Origin: the human T2T-CHM13v2.0 reference genome, Homo sapiens
Length of the DNA: 64,000 nucleotides
NCBI RefSeq assembly: GCF_009914755.1
Contig: NC_060925.1
Strand: one strand, 5' to 3'
A program made the translations under genes and the position numbers. Shown here one piece after another: positions 12,521-26,037 of this stretch (position 1 is the stretch's first letter; each line of letters starts with the position of its first letter). The notes beneath the pieces are model-generated. The model saw only the letters and a program-made list of their open reading frames with translations, was not told the DNA's origin and made no database searches.

Positions 12521-14160
12521 GGGCTTTTCCCTTTACAGCCCAAGAAAGTAGAGGAAACTCTGTAGCTCATCCTGACTGGTGGTTTTGAAGACAGCTTTTC
12601 CAAGGGACCTGAAGTGAACTTTAGTAGGTGAAGCAGGTTGAATCCCCGGAAAGGTGAAAGGGCATTTCAGGATGAAGGGGTAGCATTAACAAGGCCCAGG
12701 ATGGCAGATGCCTAGAGCATTCCATAATCAGCCTAATTTTGCAAGCTGTGTTGCAGAGTACACAGAAAAATGTATTTCTGAGGCAGAATGGAGGTAAATT
12801 TAACACATCCTAAAATTCCAAAAGGCAAAAATTGATGCTGGGATATTTCTCTGTGGCCAAATGGAAAATCAGAATGGGTTTAGAAAAGGCCAGATGAAAA
12901 TTTATCCTCTGCATCTGTCATGCTGTCAGGGCTGCAAGCAACAGTGGAATATTTCATTGTTCAGACCTCTTTTTTCATCGTCCACTTTATCATTCTGCGC
13001 TCTGTTTTTCCACAAGCTAAACATGCCTTCTCCTGTCTAAACACTCAGTTCCAGGCCCCTCTCTCTGCCGAGCGACCTGCCTTCTCCATCTCCTGGGCTG
13101 CGCTGTGTGCGGGTCTCTTGCCTCCTTGGCTGCCTGCCAGTGTAGCCCTTATAGCCCCTTGGTACAAAAGACCTCTTGCTTAGCTCTTTTAGTCCCCAGA
13201 GATCAGGCTGCCCTGACCCCAAGATATCCAAAGGCCAAATTATGAGAGAAAGAGAGAGAGAGAGTTGGGGCAGGGTGAGATTCATTACTTCAAGAAGCAG
13301 TCCTCATATGTGAGTGCTCCCCCAGGCTTGTGTACGTACCCCACTGCACCCTTATCACCTCCTTGCTTTTTGAGAGAGCTGAACACTTGGCCAGTTCTAC
13401 CCCCTGGCCCCACACCCACAATTGTGTCTCACTCAGAAAGTATCGCTGCTCACCCAATACCTAGCAGGGTCAAGGCATGTTTATTGAATAAATCAAGATC
13501 TCAGACACCAGAGCACTTGGGCAGGCTGTTTAACAAGGCACCTGGACTGGGTTCTCGCTATATCCCGTGACATGGTATTCATACTTAATAGTGCTTCAGA
13601 GCCTCCTGGAACCACTGCTTCCCACCCTCAGCCACTACTGCCACCAGATGCACATCTGCTTAATTATAATTCATGAAGTGCTTGGCTATTAATAAAACCT
13701 AATTAATCCAGTCATACCACCCTGCTATGCCATCAGGGATCCAGAGCCCATTGGCCACCTCAGCAGCAGCCCTGAGCAGAAAGGAGTTAAGACACCGAGC
13801 CCCAGATCTGGCCTAACTCCACCTGAGAGCTTTGAAAGCAGTTCTTCTTCAGGTACCCCAAACTCGGAGGCTGATGGATTTCATGCCTAGCTGGTGCTTG
13901 GCACTGTCCCCATGCCCCGAAAGCATAGTCTTGTGTTATTGTGCCATGCCTGCCTCCCCATCAGACTGGAAGCTTCTTTGAGAATAGGGTTGTACTTATT
14001 GGTCTTGGTAGCCACCCAGCCCTCCCTCTGCCACTCTCTCTAGCCTGGCCCTCTGGTTTAGGATTGACTTTGTGTGTGTGTAGTGTTAAAGTGTGGCATG
14101 GGGGAGTTGAGGGTGAGGGAGTGCCTGAGGAATCACCCCTCCTGCATCTCAGTCTGGGGG

Positions 14161-14580
14161 AGCAGTGTGGGGTATGGAGACAGCACCAGCTTTGAAGCCA
14201 GATAGATCTCAATTGCAAGCCTAGCACTGCCATTCCTAGCTGTGTGGCTTTGGACAAGTTCCTTAACCTTTCTATGCCTCAATGTCATCATGTGCAAAAT
14301 AAGGATTGCAGCACCTGCATTGTAAATGGTTGCAAGGGTTACATAATTTTTTCAAAATTTTTTGTTGTTGTTGAGATAATATATAGAGAAATGTCTCTAG
14401 TATTCAGTTGAATGAATTTTCGTAAAATGAACACACTTCTCTGGCCAGCATCCAGAATAAGAAACAAACAAGACCAGTATGCTGAAGACCTTGCTTGGGC
14501 TCTCTGTAAATAAAGTAACTTCTGCGAAATGTTTAGTCAGGTGTTTGGCACACATATTATAGACAGTTATTAATTATTAC
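14161..14580 (+). mobile_element. MIR interrupted by a minus-strand old L1 3' fragment (about 14346-14506)
   Basis: MIR core ctagctgtgtggctttggacaagttccttaacct; L1-like ttcagttgaatgaattttcgtaaaatgaacacac; MIR resumes at gtgtttggcacaca. Confidence 0.7.
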
Positions 14581-14633
14581 TACTGTCACCTCTCCCTCAT
14601 TTCCAAACACCCTTATTCTACCAGCAGCACAAC

Positions 14634-15106
14634 TGCATTAGTCAGGGTCCCCCAGATAAACAGAACCAACAGAGTTCTGTTTAATAAATATAAAGAGATT
14701 TATTATCAGGAATTGGCTCACATGATTATGGAGGCTGAGAAATCCCACAATCTGCCATCTGCAGGCTGGACACCCAGGAGAGCTGGTGGTGTAGTTCTGG
14801 TTCACGTCCAAAGCCTAGAGTACCAGGAGAGTGGATGGCATAAGTTCCAGTGTGAGTGCCAAAGAAGAACAATGCCCCAGCTCTAAAACAGTCAAAAAAG
14901 GGAATTTTCCTTTACTTCTCCTTTTTATTTTATGCAGACCTTCAATGGATCAAATGAGGCCCACCCACATTGAGGAGGGCAATCTACCTATTCAAAGGTT
15001 AATCTCATCCAGGAATACCCTCACAGACACACCCAGAACAATGTTTAACCAAATACCTGAGCACCCCATAGCCCAGTCAAGTCCACACATAAAATTAACC
15101 ATCACC
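14634..15106 (-). mobile_element. MLT2B-type ERVL solo LTR with intact 5-bp TSD
   Basis: attagtcagggt...aggaattggctcacatgattatggaggctgag...cataaaattaaccatcac; TSD acaac at 14629-14633 and 15107-15111. Confidence 0.9.
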
Positions 15107-15985
15107 ACAACAAAGCCCCTATCAAACAACATCACTAGTACCCAGGTGGCAAGAGCTTTTAGGAACATCTACTGCCATTACAATGACCAGCTCTTTCATA
15201 AAAGTTGATGCCATTTGATTAAGGTTTTGCAGACAGGTTTAATGAGATCTAGGTCTCTGTCCAGGGGCCAGGCATTTGGGTTGTTTCCCAGTGCCTTAGG
15301 GGAATGATTCGCAGACTTCTAGAACTGTAAGAAGCCTGGAGGTCATCACATCTGAGCACCTCCCAATGCATGAATAACACTCTGGCCTTGCAACACAGGC
15401 ATCAACTTTCAGCCTTATCTATGCATAGTCCTGGGATAGGTCTAGAATCCTTGCAGCAGTTGCCTGCTAATTTCTTAGAGCCCAGTGATGAAAAGACTGA
15501 GATAGGAAGTTTCTTCTAACAGAACCATGAATCCCAGCAGTCACAGTGGACATGGTAGCAATGGGAACAGATTTTGTGGGGAACCAGACATTCCTGGAGG
15601 AGATGCTTGGTGCTAGGACTATCTGGTCCACTGGGCTCTGAAGAGGGGACATAGCTCCATGCTCCCTTTCTGGAGAATAGTAGATGCCTACATGGGGTGA
15701 GGTAAGGGGTTCACCTCTTTCTCTACCTTTGAGTAGCAGAATAGTAAACCAGAAAGGGACCTAGTAGGCTTGAAATCATACCAAGAAAGTCCAGGCATTC
15801 TTTTAAATCCAGAAGGCTTTGGATTTAAAGCCCTATGGAAAGGGAGCCCATGTGGAAAAGTGCCGCAGCAGGTGGGTGTGTTCCAAGAGGAGACAGAGTC
15901 GGGTCTGATATAAGGAAAGGCATTCCCTGCTGTCAGAGCTGTCCAGTTAAGGTAAGCTCCCATGGAGACAGTGAACCCCATCACT

Positions 15986-16035
15986 GAAGATGCTCTTACA
16001 CAGGCCACACGAAGATGCTCATACGCAGGCCGCAC
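15986..16035. repeat. 25-bp tandem duplication (2 copies)
   Basis: gaagatgctcttacacaggccacac / gaagatgctcatacgcaggccgcac, 3 mismatches. Confidence 0.9.
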
Positions 16036-16344
16036 GACTGCCCCCAAAAAGGTGTTGCAGTGGGAATCCATGCTTTGGAAAAGTGATGGGTGTTCTTTAC
16101 CTTAAAATTCTCTCCCCATTGGGATCCTGCGTGTGGGACCTGTGGTGCTGACTCAGGTATACGCATAGGAGGATATGCATGATCTCAGGGCAGATGGAAC
16201 TTCAATGGCCATGAGGCCTGAACTCCACCCAGCAGAGAACTGTCCTCCATAGTCCTCCTGCACTGTCTCCACCTGCTTCCACTTACCAGAATGGGCTCCA
16301 TTCCCAGCGTGGTCACTTATGAAGTGGGCATTAAAAAATGTGTA

Positions 16345-16502
16345 TTGACTTAATGACTTTGCATAACCCACCTAACCTCACTGAATTTTGGTTTCTTCAT
16401 CCATAAGAACAGGGGGAAATAACACCTCTGCTCAGTTCTGGAGGACAGAATAAGATATCTGAACATACCCAGCACTAACAGGCACTCACCATGAAGTGAT
16501 AG
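16345..16502 (+). mobile_element. MIR (diverged)
   Basis: cacctaacctcactgaattttggtttcttcatccataa core. Confidence 0.6.
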
Positions 16503-16504
16503 GG

Positions 16505-16648
16505 CTTGGTAGGGCTTCCCCCTCAGTGCCATTACCTGGTTTAAGTGGTGCCAGGCTTCCATTCTGCTGTGGTAGGAGGAGGGGGGCAGGCCTCAGCAAA
16601 GAAGCTCCTACCATTTTCATGGATTGAATTAGAGATCAAGTGGGGAGA
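16505..16648 (+). repeat. Local direct duplication B, copy 1 (partner 18000-18143)
   Basis: Ungapped manual alignment over 144 bp, about 19 mismatches (about 87% identity). Confidence 0.95.
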
Positions 16649-17343
16649 CTGATAAAACAGAAATGCCAGTCATTTACCCCTACCTCCTTAATCTACACCA
16701 GACTCTCTTTTTCTCTTTGCTTCCATCCTTCCTCCCTTTATTCTCATGCTATCCTTTTTCTCTTCTTCTATAGACCATTTCACAACTTGTAATGGTACAT
16801 TTAATTTTTTATTGTCCAGTGTCCCAACTTGCCTGTGAGTTCTCCAAGGGCAGCGTTGTCCACACTACCTGCATATAATGACAATGAGGTGAGTACTGGT
16901 TGAATAAACCAATTAACCAGTCTCCCAAACTTCAAGAAGCCCAGCACCACTGAGGCTGACCTGTTGGAAGCTGGACTGGTCTTCCCACCCGAAAGTTGTG
17001 CCTTAGGATAAACTAAACCTGCCACTGATTTACTCCCCCTAGATCCCAGCTCTGTCTGCCACTCTCCACCCCTCTCCCTTGGCACAGAGTTGATGGCTAT
17101 CTCAATTATCACAAGTCCAGAGTTGATAGTTGTTATCTCAATTCTCCAAAGTCCTCTTTCCTTTGAGCTAAACATTAGACTTTCCCCCTGCCTCAGCCTC
17201 TGCCTCTCCTTTGCCTCTCATTTCTAGAGCCCTGACCAGCAGGTACCCACAGGCAGGCTTCCCTTGACTGCATGTGATCATTGCCAAGCACTTGTCATTC
17301 TTTAAAAGGGTCTGGCCATTTACATTTGTGACCCTCCCCCAAA

Positions 17344-17397
17344 ACACACACACACATGTGCGTGCGCACACATACACACACTCACACACACATACAC
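17344..17397. repeat. Imperfect (CA)n microsatellite
   Basis: Directly visible. Confidence 0.9.
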
Positions 17398-17999
17398 CAA
17401 AGGCAAAGTCTCTTGATGCCCCTGATGCCCGTATATCTCTGTTGTCAAAATAGTTTTCTGTTTGACCTTCCAAACAGAAAGTTCATGTTTGTAATTATGC
17501 TTGGAAAATTATAAAGCCCTGTGCAAATGAAAAAGATTTATCTCAATATTTGGACTGACATTTGTGATATTTGATACATGCTAGGAGAATAAACCCTTTA
17601 AATCAGGGCAGACTTCCTGGAGGAGGAGAAAAGAAGAAGCAGTATGGTCTCAAGTGAAGTGAGCTATTTGTGTTTCATAATAGCTAATAGAGTCCTGTGT
17701 TGGGGAAATGTTTCTGTTTCATGCCAAGTGGCTGGAATTCACTTATTGGTCAATAAATCCCTTTGCAGGGCTTCCAGAATTAATACAGTGATGAGATTTC
17801 TGCCTTTTCCATATACATGAGTTCAGTAATAACTGTAATTATTATGAAGTTATAATAAAACATAATGTGTTATGCTGTTAATTCAATGGTAATAAGGATA
17901 AAGTATGGGGACTTCCCTGTCTCTTCATTCATCATTTTTCCCCTTAATTATGGAATAATTCCCCAGGCTGAAAGTCAGGAAGAAGAGGCCCCATCCTGC

Positions 18000-18143
18000 C
18001 TTGATAGGGCTTCCTCCTCAGTGCCATTACCTGACTTAAGTGGTGCCAGGCCTCCTTTCTGCTAGGGTAGGAGGAGGGAGTCAGATCTCCACAAAGGAGC
18101 TCTCATCATTTTCATGGATTGAGTTAGAGATCAAGTGGGGAGA
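18000..18143 (+). repeat. Local direct duplication B, copy 2 (partner 16505-16648)
   Basis: Shares cctcagtgccattacctg..ttaagtggtgccaggc...cattttcatggattga.ttagagatcaagtggggaga with copy 1. Confidence 0.95.
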
Positions 18144-18218
18144 TTACAGGCCCTTCAGTCTATTCACCCGCTTCCAGACAGATCTGTCTGAACTGCCTCA
18201 TAACTCAAGGTGCCATGC

Positions 18219-18347
18219 TTCATTCATTTGTTCAGTAATCACATTAACCACTGCTCTGGAAAGGTGCCAGCCGGCTGCTAAGGATATAGAGGTGAATGTG
18301 TCAGACATAGACCCTGCCCTCAGGGAACTTAGAATCTACTAGGGGAG
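18219..18347 (-). mobile_element. L2 3' fragment
   Basis: ttcattcatttgttcag...ccctgccctcagggaacttagaatcta. Confidence 0.7.
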
Positions 18348-19439
18348 AATCCAGACCCTCTTCTGTCTCCAAAATCTCTGGAGAATGGGGTTCCAGCACT
18401 AGTCATGCCTGCCTGTCCTGTCAATTACCAAGTCCTACTTCTGCTGAAGGTAAGGCCGGCTTCTCAAAGGAGAGTGAGGAATGACAGAGGAGCCCAATTC
18501 AGGCCTCTCCCCTCACTATGCTTTAAAAGGCTTTCCCTCAACAGGGGGTACTTTCTATTCACTAGCCTCACATGCTCTAAGGGACAGAATTGGAAAGTCA
18601 ATGTCAGCCAGGTGGAGAAAGCCAGGGCCCTTGTCTTAGAGACTGTCTTCTCCAAGGCAGTAGGGACATTAAATGAGAAAATGTGCAAAACTCCTCTTGA
18701 TGCAATGAAGGCAGAGGAGATTGTATATCTCTGGGTGATGGATTATCTCCCCGCTTCTGAGGGTGTTACAAAATGATAATGATCTTGTTTCTCTCTCCTG
18801 GTGCTACACAGTTATCAGGGCCTGGAGGAAGCTTTTATTAGGTCCAAGTTGTATGTCAATTATGCTTCTCAAAGGAGGGAAGAAAAGCCCAGCAAACTGG
18901 TCTCATGTCTGGAGTGAAGGGTCACTATGGAGAGTGAAGACTGCCTGAAAATTCCTTAGTGATCCTTATGGAAAACGAAACCCAGTTGACTTCTTTTCTT
19001 CTCCTTGTCTCCCCCAGACTTGTTCTTCACCCTCCCCTTGATGTCAGACACTGACCACTCTCTATTTCTCCAGCCACCCATCTCTCAGCATTTCCTATTC
19101 AGCCCGGATAGATTGGCCCTTCCAGCTATGCTGTCACCAACACCAATTTCCTTGCCCTCATCTTTCTGCTCATCACCTCCCTAATCTCCTCTAATCATGG
19201 GACAGTGGAAGGGTCAAGATTTTTCCACTTCTGTTCACAATTTTTTGAAGTTGCTAGGAAAAAATCTCACATCCATGCTGACAAGCTCCCTTATGAATTA
19301 AAGTTTTCCAACTGCAGCTGGCTCTGGGCTGCTTGGCAGTACTCTGACACTGAGCATTGTGGCAGCTTTAGACCTTGACATTCTTTTCAACACTGCTTCT
19401 ACTCTTGCTCATGGCCTTTATTGCCACTTACACCCTCCA

Positions 19440-19760
19440 CTGCCTTGAACCCAGCATTCTTCTTGGATTTAGGACACCCCCAAACCTGACCATATCTGAT
19501 TAGACCAAAGGTGTTGCCTGTCTCAAGCTGAGAACCAATGAGATTCCATTTCCTGAAATTTAGGAAATATCGTGCCACAGAGGGTCCAAATAGTTCATAT
19601 TGGATCCTGGAGCTAAACAACTGCAGAGAAGCAGAGAAAGCTAGAGAGAGGCAGGTGCACAAAGAGAAGTAGAGATGGAACTTGTTTGCCTCCCAATAAA
19701 TCCCCACTTGTACTTAAGCTACTCTAGATAGCTTAAGTTTTCTGTTCCAAAAAGTCACAT
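19440..19760 (+). mobile_element. Old MaLR/ERVL LTR fragment (subfamily uncertain)
   Basis: ccaatgagattc...ccaataaatcccc...cttaagcta resembles old LTR 3' ends. Confidence 0.5.
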
Positions 19761-19764
19761 TTGC

Positions 19765-21700
19765 TTCCTCAGTCTCAGCAAATGACCTCACCTCCACCTC
19801 ATCAATGAGGCTGAGGCCATCAAACTCAAACGTACCCCAGCTTCAATACTTTGGTCTCAAAGAATATTTGTCCACTCACTAACTCACTCATTCTCCCTGT
19901 CCACCTATCAGAGAAGGATGGGCCCTGGCCCTCTTCCACACTTGATTCCATTCCCTCATGCCTTTGGATCCATTGATAATAGTTCCCTTTACTCTTATCA
20001 CTACTCCTCTGGCTTCCTTCCAAAAGTCTATGAACATGTTAAACATTTCAATCCTAAACATCAAAGCACCATACTTTGACCCTGCTTCCCTCCTGAACCA
20101 CCAACTCATCTTCTTCCTCTCCTTTTGCTTTAAAAGGGAGGGCAGCATGGGAGGGTGGAAAGAGCACAAGATTGACAGTCAGCAAATAGGATTCAGGGCT
20201 CAGCTCTACAATGTTATTAGTGACAAGTTTCCTAACCTCTCTGAGCTTGTTTCCTCAGCTGGAAAAATGGTGATGATGAAAATATCACCCATTTTGCAGA
20301 CTCACTGGGAGGGTTAAGTGGATTAATTTATCTGGGTAAAAAGAACCTAACACATAAGAACTACTCAATGAATGTTAGTAATTTATCTTATCACTTCTAC
20401 TTTTTACCTTTCATTTAACCCTCAATCATTTGCCATCTGGCTCTGCCTCTCCTTTCCTGAGCATACTGTCTTGTAGCTACTCAAGTCAAGGTCACCAAAA
20501 CTTCTTATTTGCTGCCACCAGTGTGGCTTCTTTCCTGTTTCTACTCTGCCTCCCTCTCTGTAGCTGCTGAGTGTGACTCTTTATGCCTCCCTCTTCTGCT
20601 TTTCTCCCCGGACTTCCCTCGCCTAACTCCCGATGGCCCTTCATCAGTGCTTCTTTGCTAGTGCCTCTTGTTCTTGTCCTAGGTCTGTGTAATCTTCTCC
20701 CTTTTCAGCTCGCGCTGCACCTTCCTTCATGGCCTCAAGGATCCCTAATGAATGAACAAGCATCAGTTCTTTACCTCTGGCCCTCCCTTCTGTGCAGAAT
20801 CCCCCACTAACCGACACCACATGGATGCGTTCCCATGACAAAAACTCATCTCTTCCTTCCCTCTGCCATACAAATCTGCTCCCCTTGCTATGTCTCCTAC
20901 CTTGGCATCATCAGGTCACCAAACCAGAAAAACCCAAACCTATGTTACCCAAGCCAGAAAAACCCATGCTCATTTTCTACATCTCCCCTCTGCCCCATTC
21001 AGCCACCTTGTGTTTGAGTTCTGTAAAATATTTTTTAAGTTGGTTTCCTTTTAATGCCCCATGCCATTGTCCTCATCTAGCATTTGTTGGCTCCTGCTGG
21101 ATCCTCCAAATGATCTCCCATGCAATCTTCTCACAACATTGCTCTTTATTTTCTTCTCAGAACATTTAACATGTGTGCACACACATGCACATACACACAC
21201 AGAGTTAGTAGCTATGAATTCTGGCTCCAGCTTATTTTTCCACCTCCATTTCCTTGCATTTCCACAGTTGAACGTCACCCTCCAGCCACAGTGGATTCCT
21301 TTCTCACCTCCAAGTCTTTGTGTCTGCTGTCCTCTTGGGCTAGGATTTCCTCTTCCCAACTCCCACTCTTATGCCTGGAAACAACCAATGCATATCCAAG
21401 CCTCTACTCAAAGTTCCTCTCCACCATAGAGCCTTCTCTGATGCACCTCCCTCTCCATTCGCACAGAGAGGAATACCATGAGTGTGTCAGGCCCTTTTAT
21501 ATCCTGGAGGCTCTTCACTGTTTTCTCTGCCTGGAAAACTTTTGCTCTAGTTCATCACAGGACCAGTTCCTTCTCTGAGATCAACCCAAATGTCACAGCT
21601 ATTCTACCTAGAGAAGACTCCCATCACTATTCTGTTCCCTCTTCAGTTCCTCTCTATCACAGGGCCTTGTTTAATTTCCTTCCTTGCACTTATTAGAAAT
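19765..21700 (+). mobile_element. Fragmented L2 body with a MIR at about 20141-20385
   Basis: Pyrimidine-rich L2 motifs (ctcagcaaatgacctcacctcc, caaggtcaccaa, tctgcctggaa); MIR core gtgacaagtttcctaacctctctgagc. Confidence 0.6.
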
Positions 21701-21707
21701 TCTGAGT

Positions 21708-22015
21708 ATGTGATATGGCCAGTTAGGGTCTCTGGGAAGCCAGTTCTGAGCTGGAGTTTAGCTGGTAGGTTGTGTGTTGAAGAGGATCCTAGAGTCAACA
21801 CCCTGGCCAAGGGAGGGAGAGGACACAGGAATAGGCAGGGGGAGGTCAGTCTTCCATGCAGCACTGACGGCAGCCTTGGCAGACCCCACAGGAAACTCGA
21901 GATAAAACATCCTATGTTGGCTTGAAATGACTGGGCTTTTACACCCTGTCTCCTTCAGTCATTGGATGGGGCCATTCTCAGAAGGGCATGACCTTGAGCA
22001 AGGCAGCTGTCTTCA
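21708..22015 (-). mobile_element. ERVL LTR (LTR16-like)
   Basis: gggaagccagttctgagctggag...gtcaacacc...cagtcattggatg...gaccttgagcaaggcagct. Confidence 0.6.
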
Positions 22016-25000
22016 CCCAGCGTTAGACGTCCTCCCAGTTTCTACAGAACTTTTGCTTACTTCTGCATTTTGTCAAAACTTTTTTTAAAAAAATTCTGAG
22101 GCCAAGAATAGATGTAAAAGTACGAAGAAACCCCCAGTTTGGGGGGATAATTAAAACCCTGGTTTCCTTTTTCGGTAATTGTTAGAATCTCTTGGCTCCA
22201 GGGCTTTCTTTCAAGTCCCCATCTCCACTAGCCTCATCTCTGGCCTCTGGCCAAGGTACAGAAGACAAACAGGACCTGGTTTCCCTCCAACTCACTGCCC
22301 CTCAGGCCTGGCCTTTGGTCTGACTGCTGCTTCTTTCTCTAACTCAGAGCCCTGCAGCATGTTATCCATAGCTTAGGGGAAGATCAGCACTGAGGGATAA
22401 GCCCCAGGCTCTCAGCTCCCAGGGGAGAGTTAGGGCCCCAGCTCCAGGAAATTCTCCTTTCTCTCTCTCTCCCCCGGCATATGGAGGCAATAAGGATTAT
22501 ACCCAAGCTCTGAGTAGTTACAGTGCTTATTGAGCAAAGGAGGGAGGAGAAAATCCTCTTTTCTTCCTCCCCCCTTCAAAGCTGATGAGAAATCAGAAAA
22601 GCCTGGTGCAGAAGCTCCTGGCCACCTTCTTCCTTTCTCATCTCTGTGGCACGCCTGGCCTCTCTCTTTAAATCTGTACTGGCAAGTGCCTCTGAACATC
22701 TTTCTGGTTACTCTCCAGGCCTCACCTCACCTTGGAACCTCCAGAGGAGTGTGTCAGATGATGTCCCAAGGGGTGAGATCACAGGCAGGTGACTTCTCAG
22801 TAGCCTGGATAGGATGAGAGAAGAGGCTGAGCCTGGGGCAGGACTGTGGCAGAAGTCAGGCTATGCTGTCAGGCTCACATGGCAACTTTCATGTCCCTGG
22901 ACCTGCCCGGGCCACCTTGCTTACCCATAGCCCCATATCCATATCAGAGAGAAGCTCCTGGGTAACCCCTACATGCAGCCAGACTCAGTAAGAGTTGCAT
23001 TACAACCACACACAGCCACACACACCCCACATACACAAATCCCAAACATCAATGAGCACTATCTTTTTCCCCTGAAGGTTGAATGGCGAGACAGAGATTA
23101 ACTTGCACATCAAATGCCAAAACTTCACAGACATCCCTTTTACCATCTCTGTACTCATTCCACAAATTTCTTCTCCCTACAGCAGCGACTTCCTCTCTCT
23201 AAGTTGCTGTCACTGTCCCTCAAACTCCTCTCCTCACAGCCCTCTCCAGCTAAATAGATTTCCACACAAGCCTCTCAAAACCTGCTAGGATATTCAACTC
23301 AGAGAGGCCAAAGAGAGCCAATGAGAAAACAATGTACTTAGCTGGGTTCTTGGCCTTGAGGAACTAAACTCATTCTGCCTCACAGGAGGGCATTTGAAGG
23401 GGCCCCAAAACCCTAGTTTCAAAGTGCCCCTCACCCACTTCTGATGGCTTGCTAAGACCCCCACTGCCCCATCCTTGGACTAGAATCAGAAGTGAAGAGT
23501 TGAGTCTCAGTTCCACCACTTTTTTTGCCACAGGATCTGGGGTAACAAAAGGCACTTGGAGAATTTCACCCTGTGTTCCCACTGAGTTTGTCTCAAGAAC
23601 TAGTGGGGACAAGTGGTGACCCAGCAGGTGTCTGCATGAAGTGTTTGAATGCATGATGGAGTAGACAGAGCCCCTGCCCGGGATTCCACTGGGCAGGAAG
23701 AGCCGGACAGAGAAGGGAGGGTGGGATGGCGATAGACAGGCCACTGCAGAGACCAGGGGAATGGGGTCACCCCCGATCTCATCCCAGGCTGCCACACTGG
23801 GACCGAAGATGGAGTTGTTCCCCTGGTGGCTCTGTCTGTGAGAGCAGGTGCTGGATTAGCCTCCAACTTGCCAGCTTGGCCCCTGACTTGAGTACCAATG
23901 AGGGCAAGATGAAATCTCCCCTTCAGGCCTTTCTTATCCTGTGGCTCCCGCACATGCTTGAGCACACGTGGGCTAATTAACCTGAGCGCTTGAAGCTGCT
24001 GATCTGTGCTGTGTGCACCTGCGTGTAAAACTCTCATGTCTACATGGCCTGAAGTTACTCAGTCTTGTGTGAGGGATCTCACTCCCTCTTAGACAGAAGC
24101 TCCTGGGTGGCTGAGATCATCTTCCTCCCTTGGGGTAGGAGATCCCAGAGGACAGAGGGGAGGAGAGGGTACAGAGTGCGGGGCAGCTCTGTGCTCTCTC
24201 CCCCATTCCCCAGATGCCTGACTGCCACAGTGTGTCTACAGGTCTTTAGGACAATAGCGCTGCCCATCTGGATCTGCAGGAGGTGGAGGAAGAGGGCTCA
24301 TGGGGCAGAATCGTGGAGTTTGGAGGGGCTCTCAGTGGATGCTCCTATGGGTCTTCCCCCTTTCCCGATGTTTACCTCTACTTTCCCTGTTCAGACCTAC
24401 ACCACGTAGAGATTTGATGTCAACAACTAGTAAGCCTTATAATTTTTTACTAGGGAAAAAACGAATCAAAGGCCATCATTTGCAAATAGTTTAAAGTTCC
24501 TGTGTTTCCTTTTCCAGGGATGCTTGCATCTGAGCCTGCTCTCTCACTACGGGGTAAAGAGCATGATCCCAGTGAAAGGAATTCCAGGTTTCAGTGATGG
24601 GAAGGGGGAGTAAATGTTTGGTTAGGGATATCTGTCTACCGCAGGGTAGGACCTACAACAGCTATGCTGTCCCCAGTGGGAAATGTACTCTGGAGATCAG
24701 CAGAAAGGTCCAAGGAGGGGATGGGGCTTAAGCAGAACTGCCTAAAAAACAAGGTGACAAGGCTGCAGAGGTAGAATGCTGTGGTAGGAAGAGTGCAAGA
24801 TAGAGTCAACAGGCATGAATTCTAGTCCCAGCTGAGCCATTCTATAGGTCTTAAATTCCTGATTTTAAATAATAAACAGGAAGATCTTTTGGATTATTTT
24901 TCATACCTAACATGTATGGTCACATAGAAGGGAAGCTGAGGCATCCAGTGAGCAGGGATCAGTGAGAGCTTTGCCAAGAATGTAACAGAAGCTCCCTTGG

Positions 25001-25279
25001 AGCAGGCCCCAGCCCATGGAGGACCAGGGATGGGCATCTGGAGGCTCAGGAATGCTGCTCACCCTTCCAGAGACATTGCAGGAGCCAGGACAGTGTGAGC
25101 CAGGGAAACCCCAGGCACAAAATGTCTGCACTGAGGGCCTCCAGGGAAGGGGACCAGGCAGGGTAAGTCAGACCCCTATCAGGTCTCTCTCCTGAAAGTT
25201 TCCTTCTTTCAGCAGTGCCATAGCCAGGGAGCTAATAATGATCTCCTGCGTAATACCATCTAGATGAAATTCAAGGAAA

Positions 25280-25460
25280 GGTAAAAATCAGGACAGTGAT
25301 GACCCATTCAGAGAGAAAAGGGGCCCAAGAGAGCCTTCTGGGGTGCTGGGGGTGTGCTGTATTTGATCCGGTGGTGGTTGCATGGGTGGGTACATACCAA
25401 AATGCATGGAGCTGTCCACTGAGATTTGTGTAGTTTACTGCATGTAAATTACAAGTCAAG
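25280..25460 (+). mobile_element. Old L1ME/MC 3' end
   Basis: ccttctggggtgctgg...ggtggttgcatgggtg...tttactgcatgtaaattac. Confidence 0.7.
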
Positions 25461-26037
25461 GAGAGATTAATAACAGAAGAGATTAAAAACGGTTCCAGGC
25501 CAGGAAGAGCAGTGCCTGAGACAGAAAGAAAAGTGAGGGGAGAGTGGGAAGTGAGTTGCCACAAGGAAAGAGCTAGACATACAGGGGAGGTGGGCCTGAG
25601 ATGCAGGCACAGAGAAGACGGAGGAACAAGGGGAGGAAAGGAGAGGAGCAAGGGAGAAGAGAGAGTAACAACAACCAGTTCTTGGCACAGTCAGGGCGAT
25701 ATGGCTGCTTGGTTTGAGGCGTCAGTTTGCCTTAAGGTCCCTTGAACCACTCCTTTGTCTTTTAAAGATGGGAATTTTGAGAGCATTGGCATGTCCAGGA
25801 GATTAGCAGAGACACCTAACAGGTCTTTGGCAAGTTGCCAGACTAGTATTTGTGGCCACATAGGGTGTCAGGGGTTGGGACAGATCTCTGATATTTCTAC
25901 AAATAGATGGCCTTGGGACTCATCGTCCTGCAGCAGTGCTGAGTTGAAAAGAAAAGAGTTTCTCATTGAATTTTTCAGCTTCTGCTGTCAGGAGAAAACC
26001 TGCTCATCTAACATTAGAGCTTGCAGATGGCTGAGAT

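Noticed and set aside
17455-17480. 10-bp stem hairpin tttctgtttg/caaacagaaa
   Set aside because: About one such stem is expected by chance in 64 kb; AT-rich with no supporting context
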